The position numbers and the translations under genes were made by a program. A DNA stretch of 39,762 nucleotides from a virus (Duplodnaviria > Heunggongvirae > Uroviricota > Caudoviricetes): the IMG/VR virus record IMGVR_UViG_2541047839_000005. One strand, written 5' to 3'. Position 1 is the first letter of the stretch, and each line of letters begins with the position of its first letter. A model generated the notes under the pieces. It saw only the letters and a program-made list of their open reading frames with translations, was not told the origin of the DNA and searched no databases. This document shows, one piece after another, positions 1 to 9,781 of the stretch.

Positions 1-1164
1 TTACGCCTTCTTTATATCCTCCATAATTCCAGAGTGGGACATATTTGGGACATTATCACCAAAAATGTCGTCTATTTTCCTCGCATGCTCTGTCAAATGA
101 TTAGGCGCAAGGTGAGCATACCTACGAACCATTTCTATGGACTCCCATCCGCCCATTTCCTGAAGCACTGATAATGGGACGCCTGACTGAATCAGCCAGC
201 TTGCCCAGGTGTGTCTGAGGTCATGGAAACGGAAATCTTCAATTCCTGCACGACGACAAGCTGATAGCCATGATGTCTTGCTGTCGATGCGCATCTTCCT
301 GACCGCAGGCGTTGATGTTCCATCTGCTCGCTTAGCCGCCTTGGTATGTACAAACACCCATTTGTGATGCTTGCCTATTTGATCACGCAACACTTTACAG
401 GCGGTATCGTTCAGCGCCACACCAATGGCGCGGTTTGATTTGCTCTCTTCTGGATTCACCCAGGCAACTCGTCGCTGCATGTCGATTTGTTGCCATTCCA
501 GATTTATGATGTTCGACTTTCTCAGACCAGTTGCCAGCGCAAACTTGACGACAGATTTCAGTGGTTCGGGGCACTCATCAATAAGGCGTTTTGCTTCCTC
601 CTTTTCCAGCCATCTGACTCGCTTGTTTCTGACCGCTGGTATCTTGATGACAGGCGCTTTTTCCAGCCACTTCCAGTCGCGTTCTGCAGCACGGAGAATG
701 GCCTTTATCATGGCAAGATGCTTTGCCTTTGTCTGAGTTGATACTGGCTTTGGTTCATAAACAGGCGGTTCTTTACCTTTCCTGATGGCGGCCTGAACTT
801 TCTGTTTCCATATTTCTTTCGTCTTTCTGTTATGCATTCTGCTTACAGCAGAGTAAATCTTTGCCTCCGAGATATCTTTAAGCCTTATACCCTCAAAATG
901 TTCAAGCCAGAACTCAATCCGGCTTTTATCTGAATCGAGAGATTTTTTATCAGCTTTTTCCTCAAGCCATCTTAGGCAGGCCTCTTCAAAAGTGACATCA
1001 GGTAAATCCCCTAGCTTTTCTACTCGCCAGAGTTCTGCTTTTCGCTTGTCGTGCAACTCCTGAGCTTGCCGCTTGTCCTTTGTGCCAAGAGATTCCTTAA
1101 TTCGTTTCCCGCCCGGGAGCGAATACGAGGCATACCATATTTCATTTCTGCGGAAGAGTGACAT
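1..1164 (-). CDS. int: phage integrase, tyrosine recombinase (lambdoid Rac/DLP12 type)
   Basis: 387-aa ORF ending at window position 1. C-terminal [39 protein letters not shown] matches the tyrosine recombinase catalytic region. Closely resembles remembered IntR/IntD of E. coli prophages. Confidence 0.9.
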   Translation of the reverse strand: MSLFRRNEIWYASYSLPGGKRIKESLGTKDKRQAQELHDKRKAELWRVEKLGDLPDVTFEEACLRWLEEKADKKSLDSDKSRIEFWLEHFEGIRLKDISEAKIYSAVSRMHNRKTKEIWKQKVQAAIRKGKEPPVYEPKPVSTQTKAKHLAMIKAILRAAERDWKWLEKAPVIKIPAVRNKRVRWLEKEEAKRLIDECPEPLKSVVKFALATGLRKSNIINLEWQQIDMQRRVAWVNPEESKSNRAIGVALNDTACKVLRDQIGKHHKWVFVHTKAAKRADGTSTPAVRKMRIDSKTSWLSACRRAGIEDFRFHDLRHTWASWLIQSGVPLSVLQEMGGWESIEMVRRYAHLAPNHLTEHARKIDDIFGDNVPNMSHSGIMEDIKKA

Positions 1165-1391
1165 TTTCTTTCCTCTGTTATGCCATCACCCGCGCTCACC
1201 TGGACAGTATGCAGCGGAGACTGAAGCGCCGCAATGCAGGCTTGCCGTGTTGTGAGGTAAGGAGATTTTGGCTTGGTTGGATCTTTACGTGTTGCCTGTA
1301 GGCGGCCTGTTCGTATCCAGTTGGTGGCGGTTGGTCTGGATATCTTAAGAAACTGACAGGCCTCATCGAGTGTGAGGCTGTATGATTCCAT
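1020..1391 (-). CDS. xis: excisionase-like protein
   Basis: Directly upstream of int and overlapping its start, as in lambda xis-int. Start [31 protein letters not shown] has an HTH and a GAGGT Shine-Dalgarno about 6 nt upstream. The C-terminal extent is uncertain. Confidence 0.55.
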   Translation of the reverse strand: MESYSLTLDEACQFLKISRPTATNWIRTGRLQATRKDPTKPKSPYLTTRQACIAALQSPLHTVQVSAGDGITEERKCHSSAEMKYGMPRIRSRAGNELRNLLAQRTSGKLRSCTTSEKQNSGE

Positions 1392-1455
1392 GGTTACCTC
1401 TGCTTTTTGAACGCATGTCACGTAACTTCTTAATGTGTTCTGCCGTTTCGATCTC

Positions 1456-1641
1456 TTATGCTATCCGATCTGCATCAGCTTTATTCACAGGTTCAAAGTC
1501 ATGATTAAAGCGGAACATGCTGGCGATACATGTTCTGCCTTTTCGGATGTAGTGAACTTTGTTGTGGGTAGAACGCAGGATTTTGCAGGGAGTGCCGTGG
1601 TGGTCGACGTACCAGGTGTTAGGAAAAATGATTCTGAACAT
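1456..1641 (-). CDS. hypothetical small protein (early-left region)
   Basis: 61-aa ORF on the same strand as int/xis. An overlapping antisense ORF (1435..1668) exists, so the call is tentative. Confidence 0.3.
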   Translation of the reverse strand: MFRIIFPNTWYVDHHGTPCKILRSTHNKVHYIRKGRTCIASMFRFNHDFEPVNKADADRIA

Positions 1642-1688
1642 TTTTACACCTCAGTTGGACGATGTTGAAATTTGCTGCTTTGAGGCCA

Positions 1689-1907
1689 TCACAGTCCCCA
1701 TTGTTTGTTCTTAAGTTCGATCTCCTCCTGGCAACTCGCACAAGTCCGACAACCCTGAACAGCCAGGCGTCTTCGCTCATCTATCGGATCGCCACACTCA
1801 CAACAATGAGTTGCGGATACAGTCTGGTAGTTCAGACGACGCATTTTTATTGCTGTATTGCGCTGTAATTCTTCGATTTCTGATGCTGAATCAATGATGT
1901 CTGCCAT
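1689..1907 (-). CDS. TraR/DksA-family C4 zinc-finger protein
   Basis: 72 aa with CCECGD...CRTCASC four-cysteine motif near the C-terminus, typical of small phage TraR/DksA-like proteins. Confidence 0.65.
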   Translation of the reverse strand: MADIIDSASEIEELQRNTAIKMRRLNYQTVSATHCCECGDPIDERRRLAVQGCRTCASCQEEIELKNKQWGL

Positions 1908-1956
1908 CTTTCATTAATCCCTGAATTGTTGGTTAATACGCTTGAGGGTAAATGCG

Positions 1957-1984
1957 AATAATAAAAAAGGAGCCTGTAGCTCCC
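1957..1984 (-). terminator. rho-independent terminator-like hairpin
   Basis: Minus strand reads GGAGC-tacag-GCTCC followed by TTTTTTATTATT, immediately downstream of the 2006..2221 gene. Confidence 0.45.
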
Positions 1985-2005
1985 TGATGATTTTGCTTTT
2001 CATGT

Positions 2006-2221
2006 TCACCGTTCCTTAAAGACGCCGTTCAACATGCCGATCGCCAGGCTTAAATGAGTCGGTGTGAATCCCATCAGCGTTACCGTTTCGCGGTGCTTCT
2101 TTAGTACGCTACGGCAAATGTCATCGACGTTTTTATCCGGAAAATGCTGTCTGGCTTTTTTGATTTCAGAATTAGCCTGACGGGCAATGCTGCGAAGGGC
2201 GTTTTCTTGCTGAGGTGTCAT
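2006..2221 (-). CDS. hypothetical protein, lambda orf61-like position
   Basis: ORF MTPQQENALRSIARQANSEIKK... in the b-region between xis and exo. A longer start at 2287 is possible. Confidence 0.5.
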   Translation of the reverse strand: MTPQQENALRSIARQANSEIKKARQHFPDKNVDDICRSVLKKHRETVTLMGFTPTHLSLAIGMLNGVFKER

Positions 2222-2297
2222 TGAACAAGCCCCATGTCGGCAAGCATAAGCACACAGAATATGAAGCCCGCTGCCAGAAAAATGCATTCAGTGGTTG

Positions 2298-2489
2298 TCA
2301 TACCTGGTCTCTCTCATCTGCTTCTGCTTTCGCCACCATCATTTCCAGCTTTTGTGAAAGGGATGTGGCTAACGTATGAAATTCTTCGTCTGTTTCTGCT
2401 GGTATTGGCACAAACCTGACTCCAATTTGAGCAAGGCTATGTGCCATCTCAATACTCGTTCTTAACTCAACAGGAGATGCTTTGTGCAT
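2298..2489 (-). CDS. hypothetical protein, lambda orf63-like position
   Basis: 63-aa ORF on the early-left strand, upstream of the orf60a-like gene and exo. Confidence 0.5.
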   Translation of the reverse strand: MHKASPVELRTSIEMAHSLAQIGVRFVPIPAETDEEFHTLATSLSQKLEMMVAKAEADERDQV

Positions 2490-2644
2490 ACCGCCTCCCG
2501 TTTATTATTTATCTTCTCAGCCAGCCGCTGTGCTTTCAGTGGATTTCTGATAACAGAAAGGCCGGGAAATACCCAGCCTCGCTTTGTAACGGAGTAGACG
2601 AAAGTGATCGCGCCTACCCGGATATTATCGTGAGGATGCGTCAT
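2462..2644 (-). CDS. hypothetical protein, lambda orf60a-like
   Basis: 60-aa ORF ([18 protein letters not shown]...) immediately upstream of and overlapping the exo start, as lambda orf60a does. Confidence 0.5.
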   Translation of the reverse strand: MTHPHDNIRVGAITFVYSVTKRGWVFPGLSVIRNPLKAQRLAEKINNKREAVCTKHLLLS

Positions 2645-3321
2645 CGCCATTGCTCCCCAAATACAAAACCAATTTCAGCCAGTGCCTCGTCCATTTTTTC
2701 GATGAACTCCGGCACCATCTCGTCAAAACTCGCCATGTACTTTTCATTCCGCTCAATCACGACATAATGCAGGCCTTCACGCTTCATGCGCGGGTCATAG
2801 TTGGCAAAGTACCAGGCATCTTTTCGCGTCACCCACATGCTGTACTGCACCTGGGCCATGTAAGCCGATTTTATTGCCTCGAAACCACCGAGCCGGAATT
2901 TCATGAAATCCCGGGAGGTAAACGGGCATTTCAGTTCAAGGCCGTTGCCGTCACTGCATAAACCATCGGGAGAGCAGGCGGTGCGCATACTTTCGTCGCG
3001 ATAGATGATCGGGGATTCAGTAATATTCACGCCGGAAGTGAATTCAAACAGGGTTCTGGCGTCGTTCTCGTACTGTTTTCCCCAGGCCAGCGCCTTAGCA
3101 TTAACTTCCGGAGCCACACCGGTGCAAACCTCAGCCAGCAGGGTGTGGAAGTAGGACATTTTCATGTCAGGCCACTTCTTTCCTGAGCGGGGCTTTGCTA
3201 TCACGTTGTGAACTTCTGAAGCGGTGATGACGCCGAGCCGTAATTTGTGCCATGCATCATCCCCCTGTTCGACAGCTCTCACGTCGATCCCGGTACGCTG
3301 CAGGATAATGTCCGGTATCAT
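2641..3321 (-). CDS. exo: lambda exonuclease (Red alpha)
   Basis: 226 aa, essentially identical to remembered lambda Exo ([65 protein letters not shown]...). Start overlaps the bet stop. Confidence 0.95.
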   Translation of the reverse strand: MIPDIILQRTGIDVRAVEQGDDAWHKLRLGVITASEVHNVIAKPRSGKKWPDMKMSYFHTLLAEVCTGVAPEVNAKALAWGKQYENDARTLFEFTSGVNITESPIIYRDESMRTACSPDGLCSDGNGLELKCPFTSRDFMKFRLGGFEAIKSAYMAQVQYSMWVTRKDAWYFANYDPRMKREGLHYVVIERNEKYMASFDEMVPEFIEKMDEALAEIGFVFGEQWR

Positions 3322-4103
3322 GCTGCCACCTTCTGCTCAGTGGCTTTCTGTTTCAGGAATCCAAGAGCTTTCACTGCTTCGGCCTGTGTCAGTTCTGACG
3401 AGGCGCGAATGTCGCGGCGAAATATCTGGGAACAGAGCGGCAATAAGTCGTCATCCCATGTTTTATCCAGGGCGATCAGCAGAGTGTTAATCTCCTGCAT
3501 GGTTTCATCGTTAACCGGAGTGATGTCGCGTTCCGGCTGACGTTCTGCAGTGTATGCAGTATTTTCGACAATGCGCTCGGCTTCATCCTTGTCATAGATA
3601 CCAGCAAATCCGAAGGCCAGACGGGCACACTGAATCATGGCTTTATGCCGTAACATCCGTTTGGGATGCGACTGCCACGGCCCCGTGATTTCTCTGCCTT
3701 CGCGAGTTTTGAATGGTTCGCGGCGGCATTCATCCATCCATTCGGTAACGCAGATCGGATGATTACGGTCCTTGCGGTAAATCCGGCATGTACAGGATTC
3801 ATTGTCCTGCTCAAAGTCCATGCCATCAAACTGCTGGTTTTCATTGATGATGCGGGACCAGCCATCAACGCCCACCACCGGAACGATGCCGTTCTGCTTA
3901 TCAGGGAAGGCGTAAATTTCTTTCGTCCACGGATTAAGGCCGTACTGGTTGGCGACGATCAACAATGCGATGAACTGCGCATCGCTGGCATCACCTTTAA
4001 ATGCCGTCTGGCGAAGAGTGGTGATCAGTTCCTGTGGGTCGACAGAATCCATGCCGACACGTTCAGCCAGCTTCCCAGCCAGCGTTGCGAGTGCTGTACT
4101 CAT
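3318..4103 (-). CDS. bet: Red beta single-strand annealing protein
   Basis: 261 aa, near-identical to lambda Bet ([66 protein letters not shown]...). Confidence 0.95.
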   Translation of the reverse strand: MSTALATLAGKLAERVGMDSVDPQELITTLRQTAFKGDASDAQFIALLIVANQYGLNPWTKEIYAFPDKQNGIVPVVGVDGWSRIINENQQFDGMDFEQDNESCTCRIYRKDRNHPICVTEWMDECRREPFKTREGREITGPWQSHPKRMLRHKAMIQCARLAFGFAGIYDKDEAERIVENTAYTAERQPERDITPVNDETMQEINTLLIALDKTWDDDLLPLCSQIFRRDIRASSELTQAEAVKALGFLKQKATEQKVAA

Positions 4104-4108
4104 CCGTT

Positions 4109-4405
4109 TTATACCTCTGAATCAATATCAACCTGGTGGTGAGCAATGGTTTCAACCATGTACCGGATGTGTTCTGCCATGCGCTCCTGAAACTCAACAT
4201 CGTCATCAAACGCACGGGTAATGGCTTTTTTGCTGGCCCCGTGGCGTTGCAAATGATCGATGCATAGCGATTCAAACAGGTGCTGGGGCAGGCCTTTTTC
4301 CATGTCGTCTGCCAGTTCTGCCTCTTTCTCTTCACGGGCGATCTGCTGGTAGTGACGCGCCCAGCTCTGAGCCTCAAGACGATCCTGAATGTAATAAGCG
4401 TTCAT
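4109..4405 (-). CDS. gam: Gam, RecBCD inhibitor (short form)
   Basis: 98 aa, near-identical to lambda GamS ([21 protein letters not shown]...[10 protein letters not shown]). Confidence 0.9.
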   Translation of the reverse strand: MNAYYIQDRLEAQSWARHYQQIAREEKEAELADDMEKGLPQHLFESLCIDHLQRHGASKKAITRAFDDDVEFQERMAEHIRYMVETIAHHQVDIDSEV

Positions 4406-4543
4406 GGATAAACTCCTGAAATTTTGATGTGCGGATCCAGACAGTGCGTTAACTGCATAGTTGTTTGAATGAACTCGCTTGATTAATCAAAATGTTGGAT
4501 CACACTATGTCTTGCTCAAAATCTGATAAATAAGGTGTCTAGA

Positions 4544-4849
4544 ATGCTGATTGATAAGTTAAAGTCTTCTCCGATGTACCCAACCGCAGAAATGGGTAAG
4601 CAGTCGAAAAAGAATCATTGGTATGTAAGGGAAAAGGGGAGTGATCAACCGCAAGACCAGACCTGGAGAGCTTGGTGGGAATCTCGCTCGCTTGGCAAAG
4701 GCCATATCAATTGGAGATCTACATGCGTAGCAGAAAATGTACTCGATCCATTCAATCCGCCATCTCGGTTTGAGGTTGATTTCAAAGCCCCTGATGGGAG
4801 TATCTACAACCTTGAATTTGCTTTGGCTCCACACGGCCCAAACAAGTGA
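4544..4849 (+). CDS. hypothetical protein (Trp-rich), antisense to the early-left operon
   Basis: 101-aa ORF from ATG 4544 with AAGGTG 6 nt upstream. Not recognisable. Convergent with the next gene, stops 4 bp apart. Confidence 0.4.
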   Translation: MLIDKLKSSPMYPTAEMGKQSKKNHWYVREKGSDQPQDQTWRAWWESRSLGKGHINWRSTCVAENVLDPFNPPSRFEVDFKAPDGSIYNLEFALAPHGPNK

Positions 4850-4853
4850 GTAG

Positions 4854-5144
4854 TTAGTGGCTCAGACCACCGCCAGTACCATTCAGGTAAACCTCCACGA
4901 GCAAATCTTTTGTGTACGTTCGTTCGATGCCGCGATGCAAGTAAAGCCGACCGCGCAAATTAGCTGATGCCGTCCAGGTACCATCTTTGTGTTTAACCAG
5001 CATACCTGGCCGGACGGCACCGCGATTAACGGTCTGAGTTCCGTAATGTTGATGAACCATAAAAACTCCTGCCCGTAAGCTGGGCTGCTGAACATATAGA
5101 GACTTCTGCGCGTATTCAGGCGGTGGATGGCCGCCGGTTGTCAT
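4854..5144 (-). CDS. hypothetical protein
   Basis: 96-aa ORF. An internal start MVHQHYG at 5060 has a better Shine-Dalgarno (AGGAG). Sits where lambda carries kil/cIII/ea10/ral, but matches none of them. Confidence 0.35.
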   Translation of the reverse strand: MTTGGHPPPEYAQKSLYVQQPSLRAGVFMVHQHYGTQTVNRGAVRPGMLVKHKDGTWTASANLRGRLYLHRGIERTYTKDLLVEVYLNGTGGGLSH

Positions 5145-5505
5145 AACTAAGCCGCCTCGTTGAAGCGACTGAGGTATGAAGTGTTGAGTTGATTTCAGCT
5201 GGTCACACCGACGTTAACGCGTCCGCTTCACCCCTCGCACTCCCCGGAGCCTGCTGAAATTCAAGCTGCGGATCTAAGCGGTCATCGCAACGGCGAATCA
5301 GGTGGTTGCCGTATCGTTGTGTTGTTGCGACATGGTGATAATAGCTATTGCTATTAGTGATATCAATACTTATTGCTATTGATTGATGCATTTTGATATT
5401 AACTGTTTGATAGCAAAAGGAATTAATTTTGTGACTTGCATCGCATAGCGATAACTGAAGCGGGGGTTATGGTGGTTTTTTGAACGGTGTGTGATGAGGG
5501 GAGGC

Positions 5506-5533
5506 AAAAGAAAACCCGGCACGACGGCCGGGG
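5506..5533 (-). terminator. rho-independent terminator after the cI-operon cargo gene
   Basis: Minus strand CCCGGC-cgtcgt-GCCGGG followed by TTTTCTTTTG, starting 4 nt after the stop codon of 5537..6400. Confidence 0.5.
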
Positions 5534-5536
5534 AAA

Positions 5537-6400
5537 TCATTTCGCATCTACAATAAATAACCTGTTTATCTGGCCTTTTTTAACAGTAGCCTTTGCGGTT
5601 ATAGTGAATACTGCAGATGGATCACCTTTGGTTGATATATATGCACTAAGAGCTCTAATATACGGGTTATTCTTCTTTCCTGCAGCTGGATCGCTAATTT
5701 CAGCAGTGATTCTCTTTTTTGAGTCATCACCATCTAAAATTATTTTAGCTGTCATATTTTGTGCATCAAATTCTGTAAGAAAAGCACGATACTCACGAAG
5801 ACCGAGAACTTCATCATCATCAAGCCTATCAATTTCAGCTTTATCTCTCTCATTAACTTTTAGAAGGCAGCCGTCAACATTTGTTGCAACACTTATCTGA
5901 TCGCAAGTATTACCAATAGGTGATACTGCCTGCCTTACAGAGGGGCGAAGCTCTACAGCCATTCGGTCAATCAAAGAGATCAACTTATCAATGGTTCCAG
6001 CATCCTTGTTTCCTAGTGCCTCTATGGCCTTTTCAAGTGACTGCTGCAAAGCTTTCATTTCATCTTTCTTGTTAGAATTTCTCGCAAAAATATATTGTAG
6101 TATTGCGCCAAGTATAGTTGCGGCGATCCCCGAGAACAACTGGTTCTGAGTGGCGAAGTTAAGAACTGCTTCAAGAGTAAAGCAGTTAGCTTTTGCTTCG
6201 CGTGCGTAAACCTTAACTTCCTGATAATTAATGTATTTACTATATTTTTGTGTAACAGAGAAAGAAGCTGCTGTTGAGAGAACTTTAGAAAAACCCTTTA
6301 GGGATTCTCCTAGGCAGTTCAAATCTATTTCATGATTTAAAGCATCTTTTCCGTCATACCTAAGAGAGATTTTTATATCCTGTAAAGCGTCACAATCCAT
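5537..6400 (-). CDS. hypothetical single-pass membrane protein downstream of cI (rexAB position)
   Basis: 287-aa ORF co-oriented with cI and 66 bp downstream of it. One hydrophobic helix ([18 protein letters not shown]). Visibly more AT-rich than cI. No family recognised. Confidence 0.6.
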   Translation of the reverse strand: MDCDALQDIKISLRYDGKDALNHEIDLNCLGESLKGFSKVLSTAASFSVTQKYSKYINYQEVKVYAREAKANCFTLEAVLNFATQNQLFSGIAATILGAILQYIFARNSNKKDEMKALQQSLEKAIEALGNKDAGTIDKLISLIDRMAVELRPSVRQAVSPIGNTCDQISVATNVDGCLLKVNERDKAEIDRLDDDEVLGLREYRAFLTEFDAQNMTAKIILDGDDSKKRITAEISDPAAGKKNNPYIRALSAYISTKGDPSAVFTITAKATVKKGQINRLFIVDAK

Positions 6401-6466
6401 AAATCGCTCTCGTCTAATTCTAATTAAATTTACTATCCCCTAAACGACTCATCAGCACAGTGCTGA

Positions 6467-7159
6467 TTATCCATGTTTCCTGTACGTCTGGGGCATGCTC
6501 CCAATAACCTTACCGAAGATGAACACCCGGTTCATCTCGTCTTTCTCGATCGGGTCCCACGGTGAGTAGCTCTTGTTATCAGAGATAACCAGCAGCTTAT
6601 CCTTCATCATTTGCAGGCGCTTTACATGGGCGGTGTCGTCGTACAGAAACGCATAGATGCCATCACCGTCGAAAGATTTAACCGTGATATCAACGAACAG
6701 CAGATCACCTGGTTCGATCGTTCCTGACATGCTGTCACCACGCACGTTAATGATGCGGATATTTTCCGCCTTCCTGCCATCGAACATGTGACGAGCATCG
6801 TCAAACGAGTACTCAACCGAGCGTAGGACTTCTACAAACTCACGGTTGATGACTCCCGGCCCAGCACTGACTTCTATATCAAGAACGTCAATCTTGAAGT
6901 ATTTGGAATGGTTGACAGTAGGCTTCCCTGATTGTTGACCGTCATTTCTCATCGGGCCTATGCCTGATGAGAGCCACTCTGTTCGAACACCCAATGCATT
7001 AGCTATTTCAACAATTTTTGTTGAGCCGCGCGCGTTGCCGCTTGTCAGTCTCCAGATTGTGGGTTGAGCTACGCCAGACGCCTTTGCAAGAGCGCCTTGA
7101 GACATCCCAGATTGTTCCATCGCTAGGTTTAAGCGATCAGCAAGAGTTTCTTTTTTCAT
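6467..7159 (-). CDS. cI: CI-type prophage repressor (HTH_XRE plus S24 LexA-like peptidase domain)
   Basis: N-terminal HTH (LAMEQSGMSQGALAKASGVAQPTIWRL). C-terminal S24 motifs (VRGDSMSGTIEPGDLLFVD ... KRL). The ORF is open to 7216, but a promoter-like TTGACC/TATAAA lies just upstream of ATG 7159, suggesting a near-leaderless start as for lambda cI. Confidence 0.85.
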   Translation of the reverse strand: MKKETLADRLNLAMEQSGMSQGALAKASGVAQPTIWRLTSGNARGSTKIVEIANALGVRTEWLSSGIGPMRNDGQQSGKPTVNHSKYFKIDVLDIEVSAGPGVINREFVEVLRSVEYSFDDARHMFDGRKAENIRIINVRGDSMSGTIEPGDLLFVDITVKSFDGDGIYAFLYDDTAHVKRLQMMKDKLLVISDNKSYSPWDPIEKDEMNRVFIFGKVIGSMPQTYRKHG

Positions 7160-7269
7160 AAGTTTTAATTTATACGCTTGCGTATTGATGGTCAAAACAC
7201 GTTTTGCTATTGCCATGGTTAATACGCATTGCTATTATTCATTCATTGTAATACCAATAGGAATTGATA
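7160..7269. promoter_or_regulatory. immunity-region divergent promoter/operator region (pRM/pR-like)
   Basis: Intergenic region between divergent cI and cro-like genes. Contains inverted repeat ATACGC-tt-GCGTAT (7172..7185) and further ATACGC/TTGCTATT motifs. Confidence 0.5.
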
Positions 7270-7497
7270 ATGACAAATCAAACCATTCAACTCGCAATCA
7301 GTATTACAGGTAGTCAAAAACGACTGGCAGATCTATGCGGTGTAGCCCAGCCCACTGTTTGGCGTTGGCTACACGGTGGCGGAATTGATGCCCGCTATGT
7401 AATGAAAATTGTCTCAGCCACTGGTGGAAAGATTAAGCCAGCAGATATTCGTCCCGACCTCGCACCATTGTTTAACGCGAGTAATTCTGCCGCCTAA
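7270..7497 (+). CDS. cro: Cro-like HTH repressor (YdaS-like)
   Basis: 75-aa protein with HTH (QKRLADLCGVAQPTVWRW), divergent from cI. AGGA Shine-Dalgarno about 10 nt upstream of ATG 7270. Confidence 0.75.
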   Translation: MTNQTIQLAISITGSQKRLADLCGVAQPTVWRWLHGGGIDARYVMKIVSATGGKIKPADIRPDLAPLFNASNSAA

Positions 7498-7521
7498 TCT
7501 GCGGCGTTAACTGATAAGGCG

Positions 7522-8067
7522 ATGATTATGCAACCACTTACATACCAACAGACTAGCGGATTTAGCCCGACTGCGGTGATAAATCGTTCTCAAATAAAAC
7601 AGGTGCCAGGCCACGAAAAAATTCGTGATGCCGTCCGCGCCTGGTCTGCTGAAGATAATCAGGATGTAGTTGCCGCACTCATTGTGAATGAGTATCGAGC
7701 ACAGGGCGGCGGCACCATCGATTTTCCTGATGATGTCAGTCGTGCACGCCAGAAGCTGTTCCGCTTCCTCGATAACAAATTCGATTCTGAAAAATACCGA
7801 AATAACGTGCGTGAACTGACCCCGGCAATTCTGGCGGTACTACCGCTGGAATATCGCGGCCACCTGGTTGAGCAGGATAGCTTCATGGCTCGGCTGGCTG
7901 AAATGGAAAAGGAACTCAGTGAGGCAAAGCAGGCGGTCATTCTCAACGCACCACGCCACCAGAAACTGAAGGAGATGAGTGAAGGCATTGTGTCGATGTT
8001 TCGAGTGGACCCGGATCTGGCTGGTCCATTGATGGCGATGGTCACCACCATGCTGGGGGCAATATGA
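7522..8067 (+). CDS. YdaT-family / CII-like regulatory protein
   Basis: Follows cro as ydaT follows ydaS in Rac. Motifs EYRAQGGG and LTPAILAVLP resemble remembered YdaT. Start may be 7528. Confidence 0.6.
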   Translation: MIMQPLTYQQTSGFSPTAVINRSQIKQVPGHEKIRDAVRAWSAEDNQDVVAALIVNEYRAQGGGTIDFPDDVSRARQKLFRFLDNKFDSEKYRNNVRELTPAILAVLPLEYRGHLVEQDSFMARLAEMEKELSEAKQAVILNAPRHQKLKEMSEGIVSMFRVDPDLAGPLMAMVTTMLGAI

Positions 8068-8153
8068 CAGGTTCAAAAATGGCGAAAGTCGGTCTGCGGG
8101 AACAGAACCGACTTTCAGGTGCAAATCGTAACACACTCATTGCGGGAGGAATT

Positions 8154-9083
8154 ATGGCAAACACTGCTGAGATATTCAATTTTCCAGTGCCGGATGCGGC
8201 ACAAAAGGAGCCGCGCGTGGCAGATCTCGATGATGGTTATACGCGCATTGCAAATGAGTTGCTGGAAGCTGTAATGCTGGCCGGATTAACACAGCACCAG
8301 CTTCTGGTCTTCCTGGCTGTCATGCGCAAAACATATGGCTTTAATAAAAAACTGGATTGGGTGAGCAACGAGCAACTTTCCGAGTTGACCGGGATATTGC
8401 CGCACAAGTGTTCTGCTGCAAAAAGTGTTCTGGTAAAGCGTGGGATTTTTATTCAGAGCGGGCGGAATATCGGCATTAATAATGTGGTCAGTGAATGGTC
8501 AACATTACCCGAATCAGGTAAGAAAAATAAAGTTTACCTGAAAGAGGTAAATTTACCTGAATCAGGTAAAAAAAGTTTACCCAAATCAGGTAAAGACGTT
8601 TACCCGAATCAGGTAAACACAAAAGACAAACTAACAAAAGACAATATAAAACCTTTTTCGTCCGAGAATTCTGGCGAATCCTCTGACCAGCCAGAAAACG
8701 ACCTTCCTGTGGAGAAACCAGATGCTGCAATTCAGAGCGGCAGCAGGTGGGGGACAGCAGAAGACCTGACCGCCGCAGAGTGGATGTTTGACATGGTGAA
8801 GACCATCGCGCCATCAGCCAGAAAACCGAATTTTGCAGGGTGGGCTAACGATATCCGCCTGATGCGTGAACGTGACGGACGTAACCACCGCGACATGTGC
8901 GTGCTGTTCCGCTGGGCATGCCAGGACAACTTCTGGTCCGGTAACGTGCTAAGTCCGGCCAAACTCCGCGACAAGTGGACCCAACTCGAAATCAACCGTA
9001 ACAAGCAACAGGCAGGCGTGACAGCTAGCAAACCAAAACTCGACCTGACAAACACAGACTGGATTTACGGGGTGGATTTATGA
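8154..9083 (+). CDS. O: replication initiator O
   Basis: Lambda O-like N-terminus (VADLDDGYTRIANELLEA...) and C-terminus (RKPNFAGWANDIRLMRERDGRNHRDMCVLFRWACQDNFW). Contains the iteron origin. Strong GGGAGGA Shine-Dalgarno before ATG 8154. Confidence 0.9.
   Translation: MANTAEIFNFPVPDAAQKEPRVADLDDGYTRIANELLEAVMLAGLTQHQLLVFLAVMRKTYGFNKKLDWVSNEQLSELTGILPHKCSAAKSVLVKRGIFIQSGRNIGINNVVSEWSTLPESGKKNKVYLKEVNLPESGKKSLPKSGKDVYPNQVNTKDKLTKDNIKPFSSENSGESSDQPENDLPVEKPDAAIQSGSRWGTAEDLTAAEWMFDMVKTIAPSARKPNFAGWANDIRLMRERDGRNHRDMCVLFRWACQDNFWSGNVLSPAKLRDKWTQLEINRNKQQAGVTASKPKLDLTNTDWIYGVDL
8503..8660 (+). repeat. prophage replication origin: five iterons plus AT-rich tract inside O
   Basis: Five copies of about 19 bp (T)TTACCYGAAWCAGGTAA between 8505 and 8618, followed by an A-rich stretch. 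Same architecture as ori-lambda. Confidence 0.75.
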
Positions 9084-9781
9084 AAAACATCGCCGCACAG
9101 ATGATTAACTTTGACCGTGAGCAGATGCGTCGGATCGCCAACAACATGCCGGAACAGTACGACGAAAAGCCTCAGGTACAGCAGGTAGCGCAGATCATCA
9201 ATGGTGTGTTCAGCCAGTTACTGGCAACTTTCCCGGCGAGCCTGGCTAACCGGGACCAGAACGAACTGAACGAAATCCGCCGCCAGTGGGTTCTGGCTTT
9301 CCGGGAAAACGGGATCACCACAATGGAACAGGTTAACGCAGGAATGCGCGTAGCCCGTCGGCAGAATCGACCATTCCTGCCATCACCCGGGCAGTTTGTT
9401 GCATGGTGCCGTGAAGAAGCATCCGTTATTGCCGGACTGCCAAACGCCAGCGAGCTGGTTGATATGGTTTACGAGTATTGCCGGAAGCGTGGCCTGTATC
9501 CGGATGCAGAGTCTTATCCGTGGAAATCAAACGCGCACTACTGGCTGGTTACTAGCCTGTACCAGAATATGCGGGCCAATGCGCTTACTGATACGGAATT
9601 ACGGCGCAAGGCTGCCGATGAACTGACTTGTATGACCGCGCGAATTAACCGTGGTGAGGCGATCCCTGAACCAGTAAAACAACTTCCTGTTATGGGCGGT
9701 AGACCTCTAAATCGTGCACAGGCTCTGGCGAAGATCGCAGAAATTAAAGCTAAGTTCGGACTGAAAGGAGCAAGTGTATGA
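9080..9781 (+). CDS. P: replication protein P (DnaB helicase loader)
   Basis: 233 aa, near-identical to lambda P (MKNIAAQMINFDREQMRRIANNMPEQYDEKPQVQQVAQIINGVF...). Confidence 0.95.
   Translation: MKNIAAQMINFDREQMRRIANNMPEQYDEKPQVQQVAQIINGVFSQLLATFPASLANRDQNELNEIRRQWVLAFRENGITTMEQVNAGMRVARRQNRPFLPSPGQFVAWCREEASVIAGLPNASELVDMVYEYCRKRGLYPDAESYPWKSNAHYWLVTSLYQNMRANALTDTELRRKAADELTCMTARINRGEAIPEPVKQLPVMGGRPLNRAQALAKIAEIKAKFGLKGASV

Noticed and set aside
425-741. Two overlapping plus-strand ORFs (103 and 84 aa)
   Set aside because: Both lie within and antisense to the integrase gene.
5203-5391. 62-aa minus-strand ORF
   Set aside because: It overlaps an AT-rich, repeat-containing stretch (TTGCTATT motifs) that looks like a promoter or operator region rather than coding sequence, and has no Shine-Dalgarno. 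It is left unannotated. An N-like antiterminator was looked for here and not recognised.
7216-7216. Longer cI start at 7216 given by the ORF track
   Set aside because: A promoter-like TTGACC/TATAAA pair and an inverted-repeat operator lie between 7160 and 7216 on the cI strand. This favours the ATG at 7159 as a near-leaderless start, although the longer form cannot be excluded from sequence alone.
8503-8620. Tandem repeats of about 19 bp with short spacers that could suggest a CRISPR array
   Set aside because: They lie inside the O coding frame, number only five, have no distinct spacers or leader, and match the ori-lambda iteron architecture followed by an AT-rich tract. This is a replication origin.
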